Source: Vairimorpha necatrix (taxonomy: Eukaryota). Taken from it: a stretch of 64,000 nucleotides of DNA. Shown here in pieces: positions 25,810 through 37,251 of the stretch (its first letter is position 1; each line of letters begins with the position of its first letter). The position numbers were made by a program, and so were the translations under genes. The notes under the pieces were generated by a model. That model did not search any database, was not told where the DNA came from, and saw nothing but the letters and a program-made list of their open reading frames with translations. The stretch lies in the NCBI GenBank assembly GCA_036630325.1, contig CP142729.1:1116001-1180000 (forward strand), read 5' to 3'.

Positions 25810-27610
25810 TCGATGAATTGAGGGATCGGAGAATTCACCGGACACCTTACAGGTTAGATGGATTACTTTATTAAGGGTTAGTGGGGCTGGAGATTGTAGA
25901 AAGCCAACGGAAATTATCGTATTAAAGCTTGTATTTATAAAAGACCGGATAATTTTAGTGAGCTACGTAGATTTTTTAAGTCGACAGGATGGTTCAATGA
26001 ATTTATAGGAAATTATGCTATGTGTAAAAAAGCGCATACGGGCTGAAAAAAAAGAGATAAAATGAGTGTAAATTTAATTTATTGAGGGACGAATTGAGAG
26101 ATATAAAAATGTAAAAACTCCCGATTATAAAATTTATTTTAATTGAGAACTATTGCCACAGACACAATATGGAGCAATATTAGCACAAAAAATAGGGAAA
26201 TGGTTTCTTAATCAGTAAATTTTCAAAAAGTTGACTCCAGCAAAACGAAAATACTGTATTGTTAAAAAGAAATGTAAGCAGCGTTTGGAGGTATAAAAAG
26301 TTTGTATACGAATTAAGAGGTAGAAAATTTGAACTACAGACAGATCATAAAGCTGTAGAAGCAATGAGATTTAAAGATTGCTTCAATAACAATAGAATAA
26401 AACGTTGGATCGTGAAAAAAACAGAGTTCGATCTTACAGTTAAATGAAAGAGAAGAAACGAAGGCAGATGTAGAGGCTTTAAGCAGACAATTTCAAGATG
26501 ACGGTAATTTATATAATTAAAAAGAGATTTTTAGAAAAAGAACTAAGGTAATAAGTAAAACATACACAAGAAGTAAATGAAAAATGTTATGGGAGTTTTC
26601 ATATAGACAAACTGCGATAGCTCAGATAGCTCAGATAGATAAAAGTTAATTAATGACAAACATATGGAAATCAATCATCAAGGAATGATAGATGCTTTAT
26701 TTGAGTTGAAAAAAAATGGTATTTGTTGGGTATGAAGGAAAATACAATTAAAATATAAGAGAGAATGTGAAACGTCAGACGTTTAACAGAAAGAACAGAG
26801 GCTATGTGGAATTTATCGCTACTCCACGAACAGGAGATAATTTTGGTAAAATATAATGGAAATGGGAGATCCAAAATGCAATGTTCTTGCAGACATCAAT
26901 TTAATTCGAAATATGCGATAGACCAGTATTGAATAAAAGACATAATATTAATGTTAAAAGACGATGAAAAACTGGTTCAAAGAAGAATGTGTATCAGAAA
27001 GGATAATTAATGTCAACGCAAAATCATTTTTTTGCAAAGAATTTCAAAGATCATTAAAGTATATAAGACGTATCATAAAGTAAGTGTTAAAAGTCATGGT
27101 AGTAATGGAAGAATAGAATGATTAATTAGACTTGTGCGAGAAACTATACTTAACCTAATTACGATATCTTTAAAGAGAAATTAAGCGCAATCGATGTATA
27201 TCCTAGAACGTACCACAGTGGAATAAAATGTAACTGAAATGAACCAAGGAGTGAAATTTCTAGCTACGGAAAATTAAGAATCTAAAATGAGAAAGATGGT
27301 GAGTATTCAAGGAAGTTTAAGTAACATTTAGGAAAATTTAAGCTGAGTTATAAGGTTTTTGTAGTGTGAGAAAAATTTAGCAAGATGAATGAAAGATAAA
27401 AAAAAAGATACGTAAATGAGGAAGTAAATATAGAAAAATGCGTAATCGTTTGTATTTAATAAGGTACTATAATGTTACGAAAAAAGAAGAGACTATGTGA
27501 TATAAAGGACTGTGTAAGGCGTAAGAAAGATTTAATGTAAATGTTAAGGAGAGTATCCATCTTGAGGAGGGGATGTAGGATTTATTTTATAGCAAAAAAT
27601 TGTTAGCATT
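25810..27610 (+). mobile_element. Decayed Ty3/gypsy pol remnant (RT thumb, RNase H, integrase, PPT), related to element 2
   Basis: Broken frames read SELRRFFKSTGWF and ELRGRKFELQTDHKA...FNNNRIKRWI, close to the element 2 protein. PPT cttgaggagggga followed by TGT at 27574. Confidence 0.85.
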
Positions 27611-27836
27611 ATATAACTGAAAAATTTGCATATATAAAAAATCGAATTAATCATTATTTTATAGTTTATTAGAAAATTATTTTTTATAAAAATTTTGTGT
27701 ACAATTAATGTATATATTTATCTGATATTTATAATTTCAACAGAGCTTAGTAAGTAAGTGCTAGAGCTGAATTTTTTTTGATTGGATTTCTAGGGTTCAT
27801 AAAAAAATTCCGTACTTATGGCCAAAATATATAAAT

Positions 27837-30800
27837 TGTATTTATTTATCATAATGAGGGTAAAAATTATCAAAATATATAACATCCCCCCTCCAAGACG
27901 GTTAGTCTCACTTTATCCTTAACCCAAGCAGACTTTTTAGATCATAGTGCCTTTTCTTTACATATCTTCCATTTACTAACTTAACTATATAAGAATCATT
28001 GCCACATCTCTCTATAACTTTCCCACTCTCTAAAAACCTACCTTTCGAATATTTATCCGCACCTTTCAAGTTTTCCTTCTTAGCTACTCTCACGTACTCA
28101 CCTACTTTAAATTTTTCCCTTTTCCCCCTGTTAAACAGTTTTCCATATTTCCCTTGTGGGCTATTTTCAATCATTACATGTCCAGTTTTATCCTCTGTCG
28201 CTTCTATTGGTGTACATTTTAGTGCCGTGTGGTAACTCATATTATATTTTTCAATGCTTCCCATGACCTTCTCTGCAAATGTACCTTCTTTAGTCTTCAG
28301 AATGCTCTCTCGCAGCGTACCTATAACCCTCTCGACTCTGCCATTACTCCTGTGTGATTCGACACTTACTTTCCTATGTTTAATTTCTAGTCTGTTACAC
28401 AACTCTCTAAACCCCTCATTGATAAATTCTCGCCCATTATCCGTTATAATCTCTTCGGGCTTTTTTCCTTGTTCACACAACTTACTTAAAAATTCTGTCA
28501 CATTCTTTCCAGTCTTGTTCTCCATTACCGTGCCCCATACTCTTCGAGTGTAATAATCTATCGCAACCAATACGTATTTACCTGCGTCTCTAAAATCAAT
28601 GAGATCCAAAGCAACCTTTTCTAAATAACGTGTAGTATCTACAAACTCACATCCACCGAGTCTTTTTCTATTATATATTTGACATTGTACACACTTTCGA
28701 ATTGTCTCATTTATGTCTTTCTTTATTCCGGGCCAATAAAATCTTTCCCGCATCGCGTAATATACACTTGTCATACATCTATGTCCAACTTTTTCGTGGT
28801 ATTCCTGCATCAAACTTTCCCTTGACTCTTCTGGTGGTATCTCGACTTTCCGTCCTGAATCAAATCTCCAATATTTTTTCCCTTCTGCGTCATCGACGTG
28901 CGCTTTCCATTTGCCCTCTATCTGCTTGGCGGTCCTTTCTCTGATTTTCTTTTTCCTTTCATCGTCTTCCATATGTATCCTGCTTAACGCGTCAGCCACC
29001 ACCATTTCTTCTGGTTTCTTATATTCTATGGTGAAGTCAAATTCCTGGATCTTTTCAATCCATCTATTTATTCTATTGTTATTAAAACACGGTTTATTTC
29101 TAATCTCAACCAAGGCTTTATGGTCCGTCTCGATTTTAAACTTCCTACCGCGCAACTCGTATTCAAATCTTTTTATCCCCCAAAATACCGCGTACATTTC
29201 TTTCTCCGATATAGTATATCTGGTCTCTGTAGGTGTTAACTTTTTTGAACTCCATTGGATTGCTACCCATTCATCTTTATCGTTCTTCTGAAGTAACACG
29301 GCTCCTATCCCTACATTGCTCGCGTCCGTTCTCAATATAAATTCCTTCCTATAATCAGGCAATCTAAGTTTCCCCATCGCTCTCAAAACTTCTTTCAGCT
29401 CTAAAAACTCTCTATTCATTTCAACCGTCCATTCCCACTTCTTATCTTTACCTCTCAAGCTATCTGTCAGATGAATAGTTAATCCCGCGTAATTCTTTAT
29501 AAAGTTCCTAAACCATCCTGTCATTCCTAGGAATCTTCGTGTTTCACTTACACTTGTCGGCTGCGGGAATTCTAACGCCTCGTTCTTCTTTATTTCATTC
29601 GCTTCAATATCTGTACCATTCAATGTGACTCCTAAGAGCTTAACTAACTGTTGGCTAAACTGTATCTTCTCAATATTCAATCTCATTTTATGTCTTTTTA
29701 ATCTTTCCAATGCTTCCATAACTAGCTTGTCATGCCTTTTTTTAGTTCTAGCGTGTATAACGATGTCGTCCATATATACCTCCACTCCTTCTCCTTGTAA
29801 ATCTTCAAATATTTGGTTCATTATTCGTTGTAATATCTGCGGGGAATTTTTATATCCCATTACCATACTGTTCCATTCATATACCTTTCTGTTAAATTCA
29901 AAGGCCGTTTTGTGCTTATCCTCTTCTTCAATCTCTACGTGGTAAAAGCCTTCCTTCAGATCTATAACGGTAAACCATTTAGACCCCTGTGTGGCTCTAA
30001 CGATGTCCCTAATATTTGACAACTCATACGGATCTTTTTCAACTAAGTCATTTAAACTCATTAGATTACTTACAAGCCTTACTCCTCCGTTAGGTTTTAC
30101 TATAGCTCTAATTGGGTTCCTCCACTCGGATGTTGACCTTCTTATAATCTTTCTTTCTTCCAAACTTTTTATATATTTTTCAGTTTTTTCCATCAACGCC
30201 TGTGGGATAGTTTGTCCTCTTTTAACTACTTTTTTCCCTGGTGGCGTCTCAATTTTACATTTCTCTATCTTACAGTGTACGATCTCTTCCTGCTGCAAGT
30301 CAAAAATTTCTCTAAACTTCGCTTTTATATCTTCAATGACAAGGCCCTCTTCTATTCTATCCTCTCTCATTCCTCTCCTTTTTGAATTTTGTTTACGTTT
30401 TGCTTCTCCGCATTTCCTATATTCTTGTGCGCTAAGTTCTGTGGTTGTAGATCCACTCTCTTCATGAACCCTTAAATACTTGTTAAAATGTTTATTTTTA
30501 TTATCTTCTTCTTTCCTCTTCCTTACGAAGCAATCTCTTGCCATGTGCCCAAATCTACCACAGTAAAAACAATCTCTACTTCTTACTCTCGTAGTTTCTT
30601 CCCTTATTTTTCCTAATGCTCCTCTATTTACCAGCTCCTCTCGAACTGTTCCTCTAACCGACTCTGCAATTATTTCCATCATCTTACTTTTGTCTTCTTC
30701 TTCATTCTTTTTTAATTCGTCCTTTCTAACCTCCTTTTCCATTTCTTCAATAATTAAGGACCAACTATCTTTTTTTTAATTCTTTCTACCATAAAGTTCT

Positions 30801-31010
30801 TTACTTCTTCCGAACCCATTTCATAAATTCTTGCCTTCCATAGAGACTCATCTACTCCATCCAACTCTAGCTTATAAACTATTCTTTTAATTTCTTGTAA
30901 CATTATTCTGGCCTCTTGACCACAGCCATCACTTGTTGACTCTCGATTTGGTATCGCCCCCATGTAATTATTTATCATAATGGGGGTAAAAATTATCAAA
31001 ATATATAACA
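27837..31010 (-). mobile_element. Compact Ty3/gypsy LTR retrotransposon, element 2 (3174 bp, 48-bp LTRs)
   Basis: 48-bp TG...CA repeats at 27837-27884 and 30963-31010 (2 mismatches), 5-bp TSD taaat on both sides, PBS TGGGGGCG, PPT ggagggggga. Confidence 0.95.
27908..30963 (-). CDS. Mini-Gag / RT / RNase H / integrase polyprotein of element 2, with a -1 shift at the A8 run 30770-30777; no protease motif
   Basis: CCHC knuckle CFYCGRFGHMARDC, RT YMDD, RNase H TDAS/TDHKAL, integrase HEKVGH...CVQC with DLID/TDNG/VER. The 944-aa ORF is uninterrupted from before the knuckle to the end of integrase. Confidence 0.92.
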
Positions 31011-31928
31011 TAAATATTAAATTGTATAAATTTTTTTAATAAGCTTTGACCCTAGTAATGCCATATTATGATTTAAACATATGCTTAAATATTTTAAATT
31101 TATGCCAACCTAATCTCATCATCGTTACCATAAATGAATTTAACCATTTATAAAATACAATACATATGTTATTATTTTATCTATGTATTAAATTAAAAGA
31201 TAACATATCTAATATAAATACTAAAATTATAATTTATTACGCTGAACACATTATAACTAATTCCAAGAAAGTTATCAATAGACGTTTTTATATAACCGTT
31301 TATATCTTTATTTATGTGTTTAGGCTGGTCTATAATTTTTCAACTAATGTCCTTTGACAAATAATTTTATGCAAATGGCCTAAAAATATAATCTGTGACG
31401 TAAAAATCATGCCATTTTTTCTTAGTAGCCCATACTTTATATCACAATATATATTTTATTTTTGATATATTCAATGGAATAAGTTCTTGAAATTATATAT
31501 TGTGATTTTTTAAATTTTAGATTTCTTAAATCGTAATAATTATGACACTTTTTCAGAATGTAATTTTTTAAAAAAATTTTAAACTGGCGTGCTGCATAGG
31601 GATGCAGCATTTCAGAAGGAATAATTTAGAAAAACATATGTTTTGCCACCTGTCTCTGGCAGGCCTTTTGCGCTTTGGAAGTAACCTGTTTATTTGGTTG
31701 CTCCTTGTATGGCATTGTGTGGTTAAAAATAAAGTATTTAAAAATAAGCAGTAGGATGAAATATTTGGAAATTGTAATGTACATCCGATAAGAAATAGAG
31801 ATGATCATTTGGTCATAATATCACATTTTATATGCCTATAAAACACAGAATTTAGCATTGTGAAATTTTTATATACGTTAAATGTGGACTGTTCCACATT
31901 AAAATAAATAATATACAATATTTTTGCA

Positions 31929-32864
31929 TGGAGCTATGGCAGTCTGGTGGCCAAAAATCCCTTAAAAGGAATTTTTAAAAAAATCACCCCAAAAATGAAA
32001 AGCCAAGAGGAAAAACTTTTTGAAATTTTTAAAATATATTGAAAAAACAAGCAAATCATGTATAAAATGTGGTCCTATAAGTAAAAAATATTATGAAAAT
32101 GTTATTTTTCGATGTACTTGGTCTAAATGTAGAAGTAAATGGTCTTTATTAAAAAACACTCCATTCTACAATAACAAGCTTGGAATTAATACTATGTTAT
32201 TAATTATTAAATCATGGTCTGTTAATGTAAAGTATAAAGCTATTGCGGAATTTCTTGGAATTAGCATTAAAAGTGTAAGAAAAATCATTTCTTTAACAGT
32301 AAATTCCATCGAAAATTCTGTTTACGTTGAAACAGGTATAATAGGAGGACCTGGGATTGTTGTGGAAATAGATGAAAGTAAGTTTGGTAAATTAAAATAC
32401 CATAGAGGCCATGGGTAGAAGGAGTTTGGATTTTCGGAATGGTAGAAAGAACACCTCAAAGGAAAATTGTGTTTGTTCCTGTTGATAATAGAAGAGCAAC
32501 TACACTAGAAGAACTTTTAAAAAAAATATGTTCACCCAGAATCTATCATACATAGTGATTGCTTCTCTTCATATTCTAGCTTGTTCAATTTTCAACAACA
32601 TAAGACGGTTAATCATTCAAAAGAATTTGTTAATAAAAATAAATATGCCATACTAATACTATCGAAGGTAATTGGAGCGCTGTTAAAAGTGAAACTTCCA
32701 TAAGGCATAGAACAAAAAAATTAATAAAGAGTTCTTTGTTAAGATTTATGCTTAGAAGAAATTTTGAAGGGAATTTGTTTGATAAAATTATCGAAATGAT
32801 TTTTAAGTTTTTATTTTTTTCATCTTAACTTTTCATTTTTGGCCACCAGATTGCCCTTTAACCA
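31929..32864 (+). mobile_element. Merlin (IS1595/IS1016-like) DNA transposon with a frameshifted transposase (~31995-32808)
   Basis: Inverted repeats ggcagtctggtggccaaaaat / atttttggccaccagattgcc, flanking duplication tttttgca, and motifs VEIDESKFG..KYHRG, WIFGMVER, IHSDC..SY, VNHS..F, HTNTIEG.W. Confidence 0.93.
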
Positions 32865-34319
32865 TTTTTGCATTGTAAACTAGGATAATAAATGCGTTTT
32901 ATAAAAATTAATAAAGAATTTCCATATCCTGTGCTTCCTCTGCGTTTAACATGTACAAAATAATATACGAACAATTAGAGCCAAGCTCAATATTTTTATA
33001 CATTTTAAACATTTAATAGTTGTCTTTTTTGATGGACCAAAAGCGACTAACCCACATATTTTGTGTGTATCATGAAATATTTTTGATCTTTGTCAAGAAG
33101 CTACAAACATACTATAAGGTAAAATATATAAGAAGACAAAAAGCTTAAATATTATACATGAAGAAAGTTTAGCAATACGATTTGAACAAATGTTTTAAAT
33201 TTTAACCTCTGAGGATATAATTCTAAAAAAATTTTGTTTCTTTTTTCTGTGCATCTAACTTAGGCGCAAAAAATATGAAAGTTTCGGGTTTAGAATATTG
33301 CACCACTGTATTAAAACTAAAATGAGGATTTGAGGTTTTAAAACGGTACTTTATAGCAACTAAAATGTAGAATGCCTTAAATTTACATAAATTTTAGATT
33401 TGATAATTTGGCGAATGATTTTGAAGCTTTATGTATATGTAAAATTTTATATTACGTTTTGTAAATATTTTCTTAAAATATTATAAAAAATAATATATTC
33501 GGGCTTCGACTAATAAGTCGATTAATATTAAATTTGATTAGAGCGTAATATCTGCCTGTAAATATTAATATGTAGCGAGTTTTGTTTTTCTGTATTTTAA
33601 AGCGTTAAAAAACTTTTTTATATATTGATATATTAAATATGTTTATACAAGTGGAGCATTTATTTCTTTGCAGTTGATAGATAATTAAATTATGAGCCTA
33701 ATTATCGTTTTGGCGAAACGGCCTGAGCCAAGAACTCTTTATTTTTTTATGTATTGATTATGGGCACAGACCGTAAAGTGAAAAATTGTTTTTTACGAAC
33801 CAAATCCCCAAGTGTCAAAATTTTAAAGATTTTTAAATTTCATTTGAATATACATTTCTTGAGCTATGAACTTTTTTGTTTTTTTAATGTTTTTTTTCCA
33901 AAAATATTTAACCCTTATAGTAAGTCTGGAGCCGCTTGAAAGTAGGTCAAAAATCTTCCCTGACCCACACGAGGTAATATGTTGGCTAGTGGATTTTAAT
34001 TTACTAAAACAACCATGGAATGTACGAATTATCCTGGTATAATGGTATTAAGTTGGGATGATTCATACATAGGCTGCCATCGGTTTCGGTGCAGGGAAGG
34101 ACGGGATATGGAACATCAATGATAGTTTTTGATAAAACTTTATTTTAATGCCCCTAATACCTATACATTATTATTTGTATATTCTGTATTTATTCATTGG
34201 AAATCACTCTACACCAAACCTATACAAAAATTTCGCGTGTCAGCTCTCAGTGTCTTCAGAGCTAAAAAAAAAATATACGAAGCACTGAAAAAGTAAAACA
34301 TCAAGCACCAAAAATTATA

Positions 34320-34720
34320 AGGGGTTGAAAAAGTGGCACAGCCCGATGAGGGTTATAGTAAAGGGGGAATTTGCCAAATTACCATCAGAAAGATATGACA
34401 CAGTCAAAAATTGTACGTGGTTGGATATAGACGAGCGAACGTTAGAATTGAGAATAGAGATAGTACCTAGCGGTACTATCAAGATGATGACTCATTTTTT
34501 TAAAAAAAACATAAAAAGCGAAACGATTTGAATAACTGATGGGCATAAATATTATTCCGCAGCAGTAGAATCTATCAACGGGAATCATTGCGTTGAAGCC
34601 CATGATGACAGCTTTAATATCGATGCGTGAGAGAACACAAATTTATTAGAAAGTGCGAATTTAGATTTTTGGAGCAATAAATTGAGAAGAAGGTGCGCAA
34701 TATATAAAAATATCAAGAGT
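34320..34720 (+). mobile_element. Second, older Merlin/IS1595-like transposase remnant
   Basis: Broken frame LRIEIVP...KNIKSETI*ITDGHKYYSAAV...H..EAH..SF...TNLLE follows the TDG..Y / H..VNH..F / HTN.IE pattern. Ends not found. Confidence 0.6.
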
Positions 34721-35176
34721 TGCAGAAAATTTTTTAAGAAAATATGCTTTTATTATTATTCTCATTTTTTCGTTTCTCTCTGATGGGGTCCCTTAGAGAG
34801 ACATTAGTCCGGGCTCGGACCGTTGCGTCATCTTTGCAACATTAAGTTTTAATACTTGCAATTATAATTTTTTTTTAAAAAAATACATGAAAAATTGTTC
34901 ATAATGATAAGTATTATTAGACGGCGATACTCATTTTTTATCTTATGCTACTGAGTACTAGAGAAAAACTAATATGTATGATTATACAAGTATATATACG
35001 TATAAAGTCGCTACAAAAGAATTATAAATACCAAACGAGAAGCTTTTGATGCCTTTAGTAAACTATGTTTCTATTTAATATGAGAAAAAAAAAATTTGGG
35101 CCATGACTAGATCCAATATTGTTTTACCTGTAAATCTCATATATGAACAATAAATGTTTTTTAATGTATAATTTTA

Positions 35177-35773
35177 TTATATATTAAATCTTTTATCAAT
35201 AATACATGTATAATCAATTTTAAGCCTATCACATATCCTATCATGTGGTTTCACTATGTCTTTAACTTTATCTTTAGGAGGTATAACAAAGTAAAGATTA
35301 CGAACTTTCGTATTTAAGAAATTAAGAGTTACGGTGATTCGATCTGGTGACACGACATTAGGATTAAAAACTTTAATCACGTCAGATTTATAATCCAAAT
35401 CATCCAGATCTGGAAATAAAGAACAAATATGTCCATCGCCACCAATACCTAGGAGACATAGATCAATGGGCTCCAATAAATTAGTATAATGTGCCACAGG
35501 ATCGTCAACTACAACATCAATTTTATTAATGTTATTAGTCTTCAAATGAGAGAGGAATGGTTTTGAGCCAATGTAGTTTGAATGAGTTATTTGACATCTC
35601 TCGTCAGCATAGAATATTTTCCATTTTGAGGAATCGAGAGTGGAAATTTTATTATTGTCCAGGATTGATAAGAGTGATCCTCCGGCTATCATTAAATTTA
35701 AAGGTTGTTTGTCACAATTTTGAAGAAGATTGAAAATTTCCAATTTAAAATCCTGCGTCAAACAATATTTCAT
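35177..35773 (-). CDS. 6-phosphogluconolactonase
   Basis: Motifs IAGGS, FYADER, SNY, DLCLLGIGGDGHICSLFP, RITVT. CCC precedes the ATG. Confidence 0.92.
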   Translation of the reverse strand: MKYCLTQDFKLEIFNLLQNCDKQPLNLMIAGGSLLSILDNNKISTLDSSKWKIFYADERCQITHSNYIGSKPFLSHLKTNNINKIDVVVDDPVAHYTNLLEPIDLCLLGIGGDGHICSLFPDLDDLDYKSDVIKVFNPNVVSPDRITVTLNFLNTKVRNLYFVIPPKDKVKDIVKPHDRICDRLKIDYTCIIDKRFNI

Positions 35774-36000
35774 TTTAGGGTAAGAAAAAACAAACTAATT
35801 TAGTTTTCAAAAAAACATAACTTGTTATGTTTTTTTATATATTTCAAGTAACAGACAAGGCATCAAATTAGGATAGTCGATATAAAAAAATTTTGTACAT
35901 TAAAATATTTTTTGTTAAATATAATTAAGATTATTTTTTTTGATCCTATATTTCTTTTTTTTTTGTTTTATTTGTTGTAATTTTTGCTCGATTTTTTTAC

Positions 36001-36006
36001 CCCCAA
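36001..36006 (+). promoter_or_regulatory. Microsporidian CCC-like core promoter motif (example; present before most genes here)
   Basis: A T-rich stretch and CCC(C) within ~15 nt of the ATG at PRP8, 8473, eIF6, p24, 6PGL, RPL22, TFB1, IMP4, TK, ELP4, 54144, MCM2 and the Merlin transposase. Confidence 0.8.
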
Positions 36007-36330
36007 ATGTCCAAAGATAATTCTCAAAAGAAAGAATACAGCATCGACTGCACTCACCCCGCCTCTGATAATTTACTGAGTCCTTCAGATTTACAAAGCC
36101 ACTTAGAGGAAAAAATCAAAACTTACACTGGCAAGAAAGAGAAGTTATTAGAAGTATCAGTCAATGATACAACAGTAGTAGTGAAAGTTAATGAAGATAT
36201 TATTAATAAACAAGGACTTAAGAATGTCATAAGAAGATTTTTACATGCCAAGAGATTATCTGCGTTTATAAAAGTTTATGGGGATAAAAAGAATGGATTT
36301 GAGTTCAGATACATGAATGTAGCAGAATAA
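36007..36330 (+). CDS. RPL22: 60S ribosomal protein L22 (eL22)
   Basis: [14 protein letters not shown]...[21 protein letters not shown]; size fits. CCCCC precedes the ATG. Confidence 0.9.
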
Positions 36331-36435
36331 AAATAAATTATTTATTTTAAATTATGTACACTTATTTTAAACAATTTATATGTTTATTTACAGATTAATA
36401 CTTGTAATTATATTTGCAATATCCCCTTTGAAGCT

Positions 36436-37251
36436 ATGCAGGGACTAAAAGCAGAATTTAATAATCAACAAGTTTTCTTAGAAATAAAACACAGAAAACT
36501 AGAAATAAAAAATGCAGAATTGAAAATTCCATTGACCGAAATAGTTTCTCTTAAAACAAAAAACGAAGAAGAATCATTTTTCTTAATGATTGTTACAAAG
36601 TTAACTGACAATCCAAAAATTATTCTTAAATTTGCAAATTACAATGTCAGAGATTTATGTAAGTCATTAATCCTGTCTTCTATAAACGATTCAGGAATTT
36701 ATAAAGAAATTGACTACGACACTAGTAAATTCATTACTTCCTTGTCTGCGCCACTTCTTACTATCTTCAGTGATATGAACTGCACTGTTTCGCAGTTCTA
36801 CAACCACTTTATGCAGAGTAATTTTTACGACGTGCGAAACAAACCAACATTCTTGGACAGACTTATAACTGAGAAACTAAGAGAAGACTTCTTAGATAAT
36901 TCTAATAATCCTAGTCTTACTAGAATTAATAACTACTCATTATTAATGATTAATGAGGACACAGTGTCTAAACCACTTACTTATACGACGAAAGAAATTG
37001 CTTTTGAACCAATCTACGACGTACAACAAGACACTGTAGAAGAAGACGACACACTTGATTTGGAAATAGAAGACAGTGTCAGTGAAATAAAAATAGATAA
37101 AAAAGAACTCAAAAAAATAATAGAAATTAGTAAAAAAATATACAGAGGGGAAGAAATAGACTCAGAGTGTAAAGAATTTATAGATAAATATAGAGATAAT
37201 AAATACTTAAAAAGATTAATAATAAAAATAGAAGAAATAAAAATATGTTGA
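36436..37251 (+). CDS. Probable TFIIH p62/Tfb1 subunit, reduced
   Basis: N-terminal PH-like beta region, a BSD-like segment (QFYNHFMQSNFY) and TRINNYSLLMI, which resembles the Tfb1 RFN.HS..VL segment. Product is tentative. Confidence 0.6.
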   Translation: MQGLKAEFNNQQVFLEIKHRKLEIKNAELKIPLTEIVSLKTKNEEESFFLMIVTKLTDNPKIILKFANYNVRDLCKSLILSSINDSGIYKEIDYDTSKFITSLSAPLLTIFSDMNCTVSQFYNHFMQSNFYDVRNKPTFLDRLITEKLREDFLDNSNNPSLTRINNYSLLMINEDTVSKPLTYTTKEIAFEPIYDVQQDTVEEDDTLDLEIEDSVSEIKIDKKELKKIIEISKKIYRGEEIDSECKEFIDKYRDNKYLKRLIIKIEEIKIC

